IMG/VR virus record: IMGVR_UViG_3300007512_001367
Coordinates: 62,001 to 117,806 of that record
Strand: one strand, 5' to 3'
Origin: an uncultured virus (IMG/VR IMGVR_UViG_3300007512_001367)
Lineage: Duplodnaviria; Heunggongvirae; Uroviricota; Caudoviricetes
Length of the DNA: 55,806 bases
The notes under the pieces were generated by a model. That model ran no database searches. It worked only from the letters and a program-made list of their open reading frames with translations, and had not been told where the DNA came from. Shown here piece by piece: positions 9,131 to 18,966 of the stretch (its first letter is position 1; each line of letters starts with the position of its first letter). The position numbers and the translations under genes were made by a program.

Positions 9131-9709
9131 TTAAGAATTTAACTGAATTGATGTAATAGAACCAGCAGTAGTTGATGTTGCTTTAGCTCTAACATATACA
9201 AAATTTCCTGTAAAATTATTTGAGCTAATTAAAGTGCTTTGATCTGTTGTAAATGTAGTGCCTGAAATATCAAACCAATCTTCTTCAGTAGGAGTAGAAG
9301 CAAGTGTACCTTGCATTTTAATTGATCCTGTAAGTGTAGCATCTACTTTGTATGCCACAGTATGTACACCATCTACTTGTGAATAATAGCCATCACCTTT
9401 TGCTTTAGCACTAACAAATCCTGTATTATCAATAGTATACGTTGTTGAGCCATCGGCTGTTTCTGTTGTAACAATTTCTTCAACAATAATTGATAAACCG
9501 TCACTTGCAACACTTTTTACAGTAAAAGTTGAATTATTATTTGTAGTACCGGTTACTGTAATTAAATCGTATTGTGCAAGATTGCCAAGACTAGTGCTAG
9601 TTGCACTAATTTTATATTCAGTACCTGTTGCAGTAAAACTGATATCTGTGCCTGTAATATCCGCTTTATGCGTTTTATTTGATAATAATGTTGTGCTTGT
9701 CTGTGCCAT
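9131..9709 (-). CDS. Hypothetical, probable virion structural protein
   Basis: Thr/Ser/Gly-rich beta composition; TAAATA late motif upstream. Confidence 0.55.
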   Translation of the reverse strand: MAQTSTTLLSNKTHKADITGTDISFTATGTEYKISATSTSLGNLAQYDLITVTGTTNNNSTFTVKSVASDGLSIIVEEIVTTETADGSTTYTIDNTGFVSAKAKGDGYYSQVDGVHTVAYKVDATLTGSIKMQGTLASTPTEEDWFDISGTTFTTDQSTLISSNNFTGNFVYVRAKATSTTAGSITSIQLNS

Positions 9710-9718
9710 TATTGTTAT

Positions 9719-10015
9719 TTATTGGTTTTTGCGTTTGCCGAATCTTTCAGTTTTAGGAACCAACCCATATACAGCGGCTAATTCATTAGGATTCATTCCA
9801 TCTATTGTAGTAATATCAAGGTATTTAATTTTGTATGCTTTACCATCTGCTTCATTATATTCTTCGCAAATACAATCATTTTTTCTTAATTGCTTGACAA
9901 TAAGATGTGCTTTTACTTGGATAGGTTCTCCCATCCAGGATTTTTCTATAGTAGATAATACAATCGAATTTTGTTTGAATATATTATGTTTTTTTAGTTT
10001 TCTTATTGCGTCCAT
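9719..10015 (-). CDS. Hypothetical phage protein
   Basis: Co-oriented ORF in a tight operon. Confidence 0.6.
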   Translation of the reverse strand: MDAIRKLKKHNIFKQNSIVLSTIEKSWMGEPIQVKAHLIVKQLRKNDCICEEYNEADGKAYKIKYLDITTIDGMNPNELAAVYGLVPKTERFGKRKNQ

Positions 10016-10643
10016 TTTTTATTGCGACAAATTTTATTACTTTGTCAATACCTTTTTGTGCTATCATATAGATAGGAGTTAGCATTTTTTCTTCGCTCAC
10101 ATAAAAATATCCATGGTAACAATGAGGATATTTGCCAATTAAATAATCTAATACATATTTGTTTGATACTAAACAGTCGTTTTCATTATTTTCTAATAGT
10201 CTCCATAAACTTTGTTTTTCTGAATCTGTAATGTGTTGATGCACATCTTTTTTAAGATGTATTTGATATTGAAATTTACCATGAGGTAATCTTTTACAAC
10301 CTACTGAGTTTTTGCCTAATTTATTATATTTTGGATTAACAGATTCAGACCCATACCAGTCATTCCAAAATTCATTTACAATTTTTTTTGCTAAAGGTTC
10401 GCTTGTATAAAAAATTACATATTTTTGTTGTATTCTAAATTTCATTTGTGTTCTATAATCTAAAATAAATTTTGCTATTTTGGCTATATTCATATCAAAA
10501 TCGGTTGCAGATATTTTATACATTTTTACTAAACGATATAAGTTTTCATCAGTAGTAGGATATAGTTTACTTGCATAAGGCATTTTGAATATGCTTTTAA
10601 ATCCGTATTTTTGATAGTATAATTTATTGTGATGTTTTCGCAT
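9984..10643 (-). CDS. Hypothetical phage protein
   Basis: Co-oriented ORF overlapping the clpA 3' end. Confidence 0.6.
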   Translation of the reverse strand: MRKHHNKLYYQKYGFKSIFKMPYASKLYPTTDENLYRLVKMYKISATDFDMNIAKIAKFILDYRTQMKFRIQQKYVIFYTSEPLAKKIVNEFWNDWYGSESVNPKYNKLGKNSVGCKRLPHGKFQYQIHLKKDVHQHITDSEKQSLWRLLENNENDCLVSNKYVLDYLIGKYPHCYHGYFYVSEEKMLTPIYMIAQKGIDKVIKFVAIKNGRNKKTKKT

Positions 10644-12966
10644 TTTCTTTTTTTGGTTTAAATTGATTTGTTATAATCGGTGCTTTAAATTGTACTTTTA
10701 GTTTTGGTACGACATCGTTAGATAAACTAACGGCAACTCTACCACCTTCTGTTAATTCACCAAATAGTATCATTCTAGATAAAGGTTTCTTAATTTCTTC
10801 GTCTATAACTCTTTGTAAAGGTCTTGCTCCCATTTTAGCATTAAATCCTTTTTTAATTAAAAATTCAATAGCTTCATCATTAGCATTAACTTCTACATTT
10901 TTCTCTACGGTCATTGCATTTAATTCTAGTAAGAATTTCTTAACAATTAATTTCATTGTTTCTTTTGCTAGTTTAACAAATTTAACTGTTGCATCTAGTC
11001 TATTTCTAAATTCTGGAGGAAAGAATTTTTTCAAAGCGGTATCATCTTCGCCGGTTCTTTCGCTTGGTCCAAAACCAATACTTTCTCTTTCCATTTCTTC
11101 TGCACCTAAATTTGAAGTCATGATAAGTGTAATATTTCTACAATCTGCTTTTTTACCGTTGGAACCAGTAACACTTCCATAATCCATAACTTGTAATAGC
11201 ATATTGGATACATCACGATGTGCTTTTTCTACTTCATCAAATAATACAACCGCGTGTGGATTTTTTTCTATTTCATTTATAAACATACCACCACCCATTG
11301 TAGTATCTTCGTAGCCTACATAACCTGGAGGTGAGCCAATTAGTTTTGCAATAGAATGTTTCTCTTGATATTCTGACATATCAAATCTTAATAGTTCAAC
11401 ACCTAAAGTTTTTGCTAATTGTTTTGCAGTTTCAGTTTTACCACAACCCGTAGGTCCTAAAAATAAAAATGATCCAACAGGTTTGTTTAAAGTTTTTAAT
11501 CCTGCTCTTGCAACTAATATTCTATCGATAATAGTATTAAGTGCTTTATCTTGTCCAAATATTTGCAGTTTCATTTTTTCTTCTAATGTTTTTAAACTTG
11601 TTGCTTGTTTTTGTGACAGTTGCTCAATTGATATACCTGTTGTAGCAGATATTTCATGTATTATTTCTTCATGGTCTATTTTGCCATCTTTAATTCCGTT
11701 TAATCTTAATCTTGCACACGCCACGTCAATAATGTCAATTGCTTTATCAGGCAATTTTTTATCTGTAACAAATTTTGATGTATATTCTACTGCGTCTTCA
11801 CAAGCATCATCGGTTATAGTACATTTATGAAATTGTTCATAGTATTGTTTAACACCTTTTAATATTTTAACCGCAGTTTCATTTGAAGGTTCACCTATTT
11901 GTAATCTTTGGAATCTTCTCATTAATGCTCTATCTTTTTCAAAGAATTTTCTATACTCTTCCCAAGTAGTAGATGCAATTACTTTTATATTACCCTTCAT
12001 TAGTGCAGGTTTAATCATATTAGCCATATCCATACTGTTACCACTTCCAGTAGCACCAGCACCTACCATCATATGTGCTTCATCGATGTGTAATACTGTT
12101 TTGCCTTTTTGATCTAATGCATTTAAAACAAGTTTTAATCTTTCTTCAAAGTCTCCTCTAAATTTAGATCCTGCTATTAAAGAGTTTACATCTAAACTAT
12201 ATACGATATGATTTTTTAAATATTCTGGAATATCTTCTTTATTTTTAGCGATACGTCTTGCAAGTCCTTCGATTAGTGCCGTTTTACCTACACCAGGGTC
12301 ACCTACTATTAATACATTATTTTTATTTCTTCTTGCTAGAATTTGTTTTAGTTGATTAGTTTCTTCTATTCGTCCTATTACAGGATCAATTTTTTTATCA
12401 AAATATTTTTGATTTAAATTCTCAGTATAGTTTTTTAATATTCTATCTGCTTGGTTTGGTCGTAGTTTTTGTTCAACGCCAATCATTCCAGGGCCAGGTC
12501 CACCCATAGCCGCCATACCTTCGTCTAATATAGTTTCGGTAGATACTAGATCCATTAAGTCTTGTTTATTAACTTTGTGTTTTTTTAAGAAAAATGAACC
12601 ATAACTTTTCTTTTCAGCAAATATACTGATTAATATATCTACAGAAGTAACATCTTGTCTACCTTGAAATAATGCTTGAGTAAATGCTCTGTTCATTAAT
12701 CTTTCTAATGATGCAGTTTTTCGTGGTGCTATAGGTTTAGTTGATTTTGAAATAATGTCTGTACATTTTGTATCAAGATAATCTTCAACGTCTTTAATCA
12801 TTTGTCCAACATTAATTTTAAATTCTGATAATGTGGTACCAATATCTTTGTCCTTGATTAATGCTAATAGTACGTGTTCAATTGTAACGTATTCGTGTTT
12901 TCGTTTTTCTGCTTCGTTTACAGAATTTGTAAATATGTTTTCTAATGATTCATTAGCTTCAAGCAT
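10624..12966 (-). CDS. clpA: ATP-dependent Clp protease ATP-binding subunit ClpA
   Basis: Clp-N domain (HEYVTIEHVLLAL), two AAA+ modules GDPGVGKT and GPTGCGKT, IGF ClpP-binding loop, GARPL; start ATG 12966 overlaps the upstream stop. Confidence 0.93.
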   Translation of the reverse strand: MLEANESLENIFTNSVNEAEKRKHEYVTIEHVLLALIKDKDIGTTLSEFKINVGQMIKDVEDYLDTKCTDIISKSTKPIAPRKTASLERLMNRAFTQALFQGRQDVTSVDILISIFAEKKSYGSFFLKKHKVNKQDLMDLVSTETILDEGMAAMGGPGPGMIGVEQKLRPNQADRILKNYTENLNQKYFDKKIDPVIGRIEETNQLKQILARRNKNNVLIVGDPGVGKTALIEGLARRIAKNKEDIPEYLKNHIVYSLDVNSLIAGSKFRGDFEERLKLVLNALDQKGKTVLHIDEAHMMVGAGATGSGNSMDMANMIKPALMKGNIKVIASTTWEEYRKFFEKDRALMRRFQRLQIGEPSNETAVKILKGVKQYYEQFHKCTITDDACEDAVEYTSKFVTDKKLPDKAIDIIDVACARLRLNGIKDGKIDHEEIIHEISATTGISIEQLSQKQATSLKTLEEKMKLQIFGQDKALNTIIDRILVARAGLKTLNKPVGSFLFLGPTGCGKTETAKQLAKTLGVELLRFDMSEYQEKHSIAKLIGSPPGYVGYEDTTMGGGMFINEIEKNPHAVVLFDEVEKAHRDVSNMLLQVMDYGSVTGSNGKKADCRNITLIMTSNLGAEEMERESIGFGPSERTGEDDTALKKFFPPEFRNRLDATVKFVKLAKETMKLIVKKFLLELNAMTVEKNVEVNANDEAIEFLIKKGFNAKMGARPLQRVIDEEIKKPLSRMILFGELTEGGRVAVSLSNDVVPKLKVQFKAPIITNQFKPKKENAKTSQ

Positions 12967-13184
12967 TAGTCTGTTCCTCCAATTTTTGGCCAAGGTCCTC
13001 TGCTACCACCGCCACCTAATCCTTTAAAGTGATTAATTTTCTTTTTCTTTTTTCTTCTTTTTACTTTCCTTGTTTGTGGCATACTTTTCTTTTGTTCTTT
13101 AGCTCTCAATTTGTTATAGTCTGCTTCACTTATATCGTTAAATCCAAATTCATCTTCCATAGCATTATACTCTTTGCGTTGCAT
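12966..13184 (-). CDS. Small basic hypothetical protein
   Basis: Acidic N-terminus then RKVKRRKKKKK; lies between def and clpA. Confidence 0.5.
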   Translation of the reverse strand: MQRKEYNAMEDEFGFNDISEADYNKLRAKEQKKSMPQTRKVKRRKKKKKINHFKGLGGGGSRGPWPKIGGTD

Positions 13185-13695
13185 TAATTTTTTTTTCTAA
13201 TTTTTTAACTGCCATATCCCATCGAAGTTTAGATACTTTAGTATTAAATGTAATACCGTTTAGATGATCAAGTTCATGTTGAAAGCATTTACTTTCCATA
13301 CCATCTAAATGTTGCATTAAAGTTTCTCCTTTTTTGTTCTCCCATTTTACTGTAACTCTTTTAGGTCTTTCTATTTTTACAAATACTCCTAAAAAACTTA
13401 AACATCCTTCTTCATCCAACGTTTTTTCTTCACTTTCTCGAACTATCGATGGATTCCATATTATAACAGGTTTTTGCATTTTGTCAAACGACTCGTGTCC
13501 AAATGCAAAGAATCGCTTGGTAACGCCTATTTGATTTGCCGCTAATCCCAAACCTCGAGCATTTATCATTAAATTAATCATATCGTTTTCAAATTTTTCA
13601 ATATCATCGTAATCAAGAAGTTTATCGTTTTTAATGTCAAACGGAGTACTTACTTCCGTTAATGCTTTATGTGGATATTGCAATATTGAAATCAT
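13165..13695 (-). CDS. def: Peptide deformylase
   Basis: GLGLAANQ, EGCLS, QHELDH. Confidence 0.95.
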   Translation of the reverse strand: MISILQYPHKALTEVSTPFDIKNDKLLDYDDIEKFENDMINLMINARGLGLAANQIGVTKRFFAFGHESFDKMQKPVIIWNPSIVRESEEKTLDEEGCLSFLGVFVKIERPKRVTVKWENKKGETLMQHLDGMESKCFQHELDHLNGITFNTKVSKLRWDMAVKKLEKKINATQRV

Positions 13696-14537
13696 AAATT
13701 TTTTATTTTGTTTAAATCTGTTTGTGAAAGTTCCGGTATTATAATGTTTATTCTCACATATAGATTTCCTCTAATATTTAACGTCTTGTGTATGGGCATA
13801 CCTTGTCCTTTACAAAGGATCAAAGTTCCGGGTTGTGTAGCAGGTGGTACTTGTATTTTAATAATAGTATCAGTTAATGTTTTTAATTTTAATTCAAGTC
13901 CTCGTATTGCTTGAAAACAATTTATAGTTTTATCTGTATATAAATCGTTTCCTTTTCTTGTATAGCCATCAGAATCAAGAACACTCATTTGTACTAATAA
14001 ATCACCACGTGGCATATTTTTTATTGAATCATCTCCCATACCTTTGTATTTGAATGTTATACCATGTTGTACACCAGCTGGAATTTTTACTGTGGCAAAT
14101 TCTTCTTTGTTTGAAGGTAGTCTATATGATATAGTTTTTTCTAAGGTGTTCATTGCTTCTTTAATTGATATAGACATTCTTACGTTTATACTTTTATTAT
14201 GTTGTTGTCGTGTTCTAAAAGTTCTTGTTCGTACATTAGGTCCACCAAAACCAGAAAAGAAATTCTCAAACATATCTTCACCAAAGAAGTCACCAGAAGT
14301 AAAATGAAAGTTTCCTCCTTGTCCACCACTATTTTGGCCGTATTTTCTTATAGTATCATATTCTTGTTTTTTACTAGAATTTTTTAATGTGTCGTAGGCT
14401 TCATTAGCTTCTTTAAATTTTGTTGTATCCCCTCCACGATCTGGGTGATGTTCTTTTGCTAATTTTTTAAAAGCCTGTTTAATTTGTTTGTCAGATGCAT
14501 TTTCTGACACACCTAGTATATTATAATAATTCTTCAT
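13692..14537 (-). CDS. DnaJ-class co-chaperone without zinc finger (CbpA-like)
   Basis: J domain with HPD, G/F-rich linker, C-terminal substrate-binding domain. Confidence 0.92.
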   Translation of the reverse strand: MKNYYNILGVSENASDKQIKQAFKKLAKEHHPDRGGDTTKFKEANEAYDTLKNSSKKQEYDTIRKYGQNSGGQGGNFHFTSGDFFGEDMFENFFSGFGGPNVRTRTFRTRQQHNKSINVRMSISIKEAMNTLEKTISYRLPSNKEEFATVKIPAGVQHGITFKYKGMGDDSIKNMPRGDLLVQMSVLDSDGYTRKGNDLYTDKTINCFQAIRGLELKLKTLTDTIIKIQVPPATQPGTLILCKGQGMPIHKTLNIRGNLYVRINIIIPELSQTDLNKIKNL

Positions 14538-14548
14538 TTATAGTAATT

Positions 14549-14576
14549 ATTATATTACGGATCTGTGAATTGTCAA
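14549..14576 (-). promoter_or_regulatory. Sigma70 consensus promoter of the dnaJ-def-clpA operon
   Basis: TTGACA-N16-TATAAT. Confidence 0.8.
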
Positions 14577-14586
14577 CTTTTGGTAA

Positions 14587-14910
14587 TTATTTTTTGTTTT
14601 TTGGAAGTGTTGCACCCGGTTTACCGACATATAGTCCAAAGAATGCCGCGCCGGCACCAACTATTGTTGATATAAACATAGCTTGAGCATTGGTTGGATC
14701 TGTTAGTCCCATAAACCATTTTACTGATGTGTAAAAAGCAAAGATGTAAGCCAACATCACCATTCGAGGAATAACTCTAAACTTGTCAATAAGACCTGCT
14801 AATTTATTATACCATGTAGGTGCGTCTTCACCAGTATCAGGAATAAGGTCGCTTTTTTGTACTTCGTATTCTTCTGTTGTTTTTTTAACTTTAATTAAAT
14901 CATCAGCCAT
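14587..14910 (-). CDS. Two-TM membrane protein, holin candidate
   Basis: Two hydrophobic segments, basic C-terminus, near lysis genes. Confidence 0.5.
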   Translation of the reverse strand: MADDLIKVKKTTEEYEVQKSDLIPDTGEDAPTWYNKLAGLIDKFRVIPRMVMLAYIFAFYTSVKWFMGLTDPTNAQAMFISTIVGAGAAFFGLYVGKPGATLPKNKK

Positions 14911-15500
14911 TATTTTAAGCTCTCGATTTTAGCATTTCTTTTTCTATGACCGTTCCATGCCATAAAACCGCCAAGTCTTAATGACCAATATGACAAGTAG
15001 TTCATAGTATAAAATCCGTTAACATAAATGTTAATATCTCTGAATGTTTTATCCATCCATTTTTGATCTTTAATGCCAATAGTATCTTTTTTATTTTTCT
15101 TTAATAGTGTTGCATACTTGTAACCGTAGTCGTGTACAAGTCCACCCATTAATAATACTCCAACCGGAGAGAAAAAAGTTCTTAGGAATTTTGGAATACT
15201 TGCACCATCAAATGTAAATCCTGCAGGTATCACGTAATCAGTTCCGTTTATGTTGTAGTTCCAATCTTTTGTGACAGTCCAGTTTCTTGTTGATAATATC
15301 CACATTAATATACCTTTAAAAAATCCTATACCTTTTGTAGATATTTTTAATGGTTGCATATGCGGAAATTCTTTATATGTAAATTCTACTTTAGGTGGCT
15401 TTCTTTTATCTAATACGTTTATAAGCCAACCTATTAGAATAAAAACAATCACTAACGTCCATTGCCAAAATTTCATTGCAAGTGCTATTATAAATTCCAT
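14910..15500 (-). CDS. DUF1353-family protein with N-terminal membrane anchor
   Basis: IPAGFTFDGASIP and LVHDYGY. Confidence 0.8.
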   Translation of the reverse strand: MEFIIALAMKFWQWTLVIVFILIGWLINVLDKRKPPKVEFTYKEFPHMQPLKISTKGIGFFKGILMWILSTRNWTVTKDWNYNINGTDYVIPAGFTFDGASIPKFLRTFFSPVGVLLMGGLVHDYGYKYATLLKKNKKDTIGIKDQKWMDKTFRDINIYVNGFYTMNYLSYWSLRLGGFMAWNGHRKRNAKIESLK

Positions 15501-15531
15501 TTTTTTTCCTTTTTAAGTTATATGCGTATAT

Positions 15532-15969
15532 TTATTCTATTGCGCCTTCTACAATACCTTGTTTAACAAGTTTTTTTCTATTTTTAATGTGTTGTTTCTG
15601 TACATCTTCTTTAGCACCACCAAAATAAGCTACTGCATGGCCTTCTTCACAAAGTATATCTGCACAACTATGACCGTCTTCAGTTGCAAAATTTCCTAAG
15701 ATTCGTCCAAACTTACCCTTCATGTCTTCGCCTTTTTTGTTTACCTGTGTTTTTAGAATAGCAGTCTCACCTAATAACTCTTGTAATCTACTTTTAGCCG
15801 CTAATCCAAACTTCTTTTCTATGTCATTGCTTGTTCTAGATTCGGGTGTGTCTATGCCCATGATTCTAACACGTTCATTGCGTATCCACGTACCAAAACC
15901 TAAGTCGATATCAATATCAACAGTATCTCCGTCTATTACTTTTAATACTTTACATCTGTATTCGTACAT
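15532..15969 (-). CDS. Thermonuclease (SNase-like)
   Basis: VIDGDT, RVRIMGIDTPE, GKFGRILG. Confidence 0.9.
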   Translation of the reverse strand: MYEYRCKVLKVIDGDTVDIDIDLGFGTWIRNERVRIMGIDTPESRTSNDIEKKFGLAAKSRLQELLGETAILKTQVNKKGEDMKGKFGRILGNFATEDGHSCADILCEEGHAVAYFGGAKEDVQKQHIKNRKKLVKQGIVEGAIE

Positions 15970-16175
15970 TATTCTTCTCTTATAATATATTTGATTGGTT
16001 GATCTGATTTAACAACAACGTATTTTTCAGTTTCCATATTTTTAAATGTAATATGGTTAGGTTTAACTTCTTTAAATTTACGAACTTGTAATGTAGTTTC
16101 ACTTCCTTCAAACCAATAAGTCAGTTCTGCAGGATAACCTACAATCCAATACCATATGTTAGTTAGAATTCTCAT
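15969..16175 (-). CDS. Hypothetical protein
   Basis: Co-oriented, abuts neighbours. Confidence 0.55.
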   Translation of the reverse strand: MRILTNIWYWIVGYPAELTYWFEGSETTLQVRKFKEVKPNHITFKNMETEKYVVVKSDQPIKYIIREE

Positions 16176-16524
16176 CTGTCTCGTAATATTTTTTGTATTC
16201 TTCTAGTAAGTTAGTTGTTTCTTGTAATTTTTGTCTTATCTGTGCAAAGTTTTTAGCAAGTACTTGAAAATCTTTATCTGTTACTCCAAATAGTACAGGA
16301 TCAATTCCTGCCGCTTCTAGTTTAGCAAATACTTCTTCTGCATTTTCACTTGTAATAATAATCCATTTAATTTCTTCAAGTTGTAATGCAGTTGGCATTG
16401 GATAATCTAGATTTTTTCTAGGTTCTTCTACTTGAAATATTTTAATTTTCTTTTCACCACCAATACTGCAACTAGTAAGGAAAATAATTAGTGCTACTGC
16501 AAATATTTTATTGATATGGTACAT
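16159..16524 (-). CDS. Outer-membrane lipoprotein, o-spanin candidate
   Basis: Lipobox LTSC; follows the i-spanin candidate. Confidence 0.7.
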   Translation of the reverse strand: MYHINKIFAVALIIFLTSCSIGGEKKIKIFQVEEPRKNLDYPMPTALQLEEIKWIIITSENAEEVFAKLEAAGIDPVLFGVTDKDFQVLAKNFAQIRQKLQETTNLLEEYKKYYETDENSN

Positions 16525-16981
16525 AACTTGGGTTTGCTAACGCCGGGCATTCCGGGTTTATCTCCGATTTTAAAGTTGCTTTTAATTCTGCTTCTGTGTG
16601 TTCGGCGCCTGAAGCCAACTCAATACATCTTTGAGCATTTTTGGCACCTTTGTTTATAATTCTTTCAACTGCTTTTGTTCTGTCTATTGCTAGTTTTCCA
16701 ACATCTCTGTTCTTTTTGGTAAATCTTTTATCTAAATCTTCTAAATCTTTTTTAAATGTTTGTATTAATTCGTTTAATTTTTTATTGCTTTCAAGGATTG
16801 CTTCAAAATCTGCTTTTTGTTGTTCTAATAGTTTAGTTTGCGACTCAATACTTTGTTCTAGTTTTATTTGATTTGTTTTAAGAACGGCGTTGTCTGCTCT
16901 CAATTTGAAAACATACATACCTGCACCTGCGATACCCATGATCATAACCAGGGTAATAACCATTCTTATTTGTCCAAACAT
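16508..16981 (-). CDS. Inner-membrane spanin (i-spanin) candidate
   Basis: N-terminal TM helix then long coiled coil; next to endolysin. Confidence 0.7.
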   Translation of the reverse strand: MFGQIRMVITLVMIMGIAGAGMYVFKLRADNAVLKTNQIKLEQSIESQTKLLEQQKADFEAILESNKKLNELIQTFKKDLEDLDKRFTKKNRDVGKLAIDRTKAVERIINKGAKNAQRCIELASGAEHTEAELKATLKSEINPECPALANPSYVPYQ

Positions 16982-16996
16982 AATGTATGTATTTAA

Positions 16997-17461
16997 CTAC
17001 TCTGTGAGCCCGTTTTTATAAACTGTTTTACCGTCCTCTTTTACAGCTCTAAGACGTTGCATACGGTTTGCTCCACGATTATAACTAACGTGAACCCAAC
17101 CCGAATCTGGTATTCCTGGGGTGTGAAATTCAAGAATTACTTGGTCGAAGGTACAATTATCCGAAATCCAATCAGCTACATAACGATTACCTGTACCTGG
17201 ACATTCAATATCAACTGCTTTACCTTCACAATGTTGAGATTTCCAAGAGCCTCCAATTGCTTTGTTTAATACTACTCCTCTATAACCCGAATTGATTGCT
17301 ATTGGACCAAAATGATTTCTAACTGGCTGAAGGACCATTTCACATAGAAGTTGCATATTTTCTATATGTTCTTCGGTAGGTGTGTTGTCGATGTTTTGTC
17401 GTATTGCGGTTTGACTTCTTGTAAATTCTTCCAGTGTGAAATTTGTGCTTAATCTTACCAT
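16997..17461 (-). CDS. Peptidase M15A endolysin
   Basis: INSGYR, SQHCEGKAVD, WVHVS zinc motifs. Confidence 0.9.
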   Translation of the reverse strand: MVRLSTNFTLEEFTRSQTAIRQNIDNTPTEEHIENMQLLCEMVLQPVRNHFGPIAINSGYRGVVLNKAIGGSWKSQHCEGKAVDIECPGTGNRYVADWISDNCTFDQVILEFHTPGIPDSGWVHVSYNRGANRMQRLRAVKEDGKTVYKNGLTE

Positions 17462-18195
17462 TTGTACTTACTTAACAGAACAGAGTTTTGTCCTTTAGAA
17501 AAAACGAATCTGTCCTCAGTAGTTTTGGTAATATTATATGGTCCAAAGTATTTGGTTAGGTGTATGCATTCTGCCATGGCATCTTGATCAATAGTAAATG
17601 CTTTAACTTCTTTTAGTATCATTTGTGACTCACCATATGAATGTAATTCAAATTTTAATGTATCTTTTGTTCCGTGTTTTTTAATCGAAATAATATTGTT
17701 GTCTAATTTAAATTCCATCATAGCAAATTTGTCAAAGAAATCTTTTACTTCGCCTAATCTTAGTGAATTAACTTTTTTTGTATATGCTATAGGTGTTCTT
17801 GGTAATACATCTGCTAAATTTTTTGCAGATGCTTCAAATGGTACTGATCTTTTATGATATGTAAATTCAAATGTTTCTATGTTTGTTAATTTTTTTAAAT
17901 CTTCTAAAAATTTTATAATATGTTGATCAACTGTTTCTACTCTTGCAAATTCTACAAATACTCTATGTTTGCCATCCATTACTGTTCCAGGTGTAGCGTC
18001 TGCATCTAATATTTCTTTGTATCCTGTTTCTGCAAAACGTTCTAAATCTTTCGCAGGTTCTAGGCCACTAACAGAGAAGGCAAGAACCATAATGTTCCTG
18101 TCATCACCCATTTTTGATTTATATTGATCTACTGAAAAACGTTTATCTACAACGCCTTCTAAATCACCGGCTTTTAATCCTTCGTTAAAGTGCAT
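17455..18195 (-). CDS. Hypothetical phage protein
   Basis: 246-aa co-oriented ORF. Confidence 0.65.
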   Translation of the reverse strand: MHFNEGLKAGDLEGVVDKRFSVDQYKSKMGDDRNIMVLAFSVSGLEPAKDLERFAETGYKEILDADATPGTVMDGKHRVFVEFARVETVDQHIIKFLEDLKKLTNIETFEFTYHKRSVPFEASAKNLADVLPRTPIAYTKKVNSLRLGEVKDFFDKFAMMEFKLDNNIISIKKHGTKDTLKFELHSYGESQMILKEVKAFTIDQDAMAECIHLTKYFGPYNITKTTEDRFVFSKGQNSVLLSKYKW

Positions 18196-18664
18196 CTGCT
18201 GTATTTAGATTATCAGGCATAATGTCTGTTTCGTCTTGGCTTTCTACGTCATCTTTACCATGTTTTAAATTGCCAATTAATTCTTTTGGCATTTTAATAT
18301 TCACGACCCAAATTCCGTGTCCATCAATTTTACCTTTTACTGTGCCTGGTCGATAATCTTCTGGTCCTTTAATTTCTCTTGGTTTAAATAATGTATCTTT
18401 TTCAAATGTAACTTTACAACCTCTATCTAATAATCGTTTACCTCCTGATGGATCAGGCATTTGATCTTCAGGCCACATAAAAGAACATTCAACAAAATGT
18501 CTGTGATCTACTGGTCCTGTAAGTAATTCTCCGTCTTGCCAGTTCTTAAAAACATAAACGTCTAATTCGTCTATAACTCGTTCAAAGTCCTTCAATATGC
18601 CCAAAGTAGGGCCTACGGCGTACAAAGATTGTATATTTTTGATTATATCGAGTACATCATGCAT
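18185..18664 (-). CDS. Hypothetical phage protein (late)
   Basis: 159-aa ORF; TAAATA 8 nt upstream. Confidence 0.65.
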   Translation of the reverse strand: MHDVLDIIKNIQSLYAVGPTLGILKDFERVIDELDVYVFKNWQDGELLTGPVDHRHFVECSFMWPEDQMPDPSGGKRLLDRGCKVTFEKDTLFKPREIKGPEDYRPGTVKGKIDGHGIWVVNIKMPKELIGNLKHGKDDVESQDETDIMPDNLNTADAL

Positions 18665-18687
18665 AATGTTATTATTTAGCGATTAAA

Positions 18688-18966
18688 CTAAGATGCTAAA
18701 AACTGATTAATAGCTTCGGAATAGTACTTGCGGTAGTAATTAATTACTTTTTCATAAGGAATATTATCCCTCTCGGATAAAGGTATACCAGGAAGTTCAC
18801 ACTTTAATACCTTTTCATTTACTAGATCTAATATTACAGTATATTCTAGCATTTTTCCTGTACCAAGTTTCTTTTTTGATAGTTCAACAAATTCGTCAAA
18901 CTTTTTATCGGGTTTAATGTTGTATTTTACGCAAAAAAATCGTTTTTTGTTATGTTTACTGCCCAT
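18688..18966 (-). CDS. Hypothetical protein downstream of clamp loader
   Basis: Overlaps the clamp loader stop. Confidence 0.6.
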   Translation of the reverse strand: MGSKHNKKRFFCVKYNIKPDKKFDEFVELSKKKLGTGKMLEYTVILDLVNEKVLKCELPGIPLSERDNIPYEKVINYYRKYYSEAINQFLAS

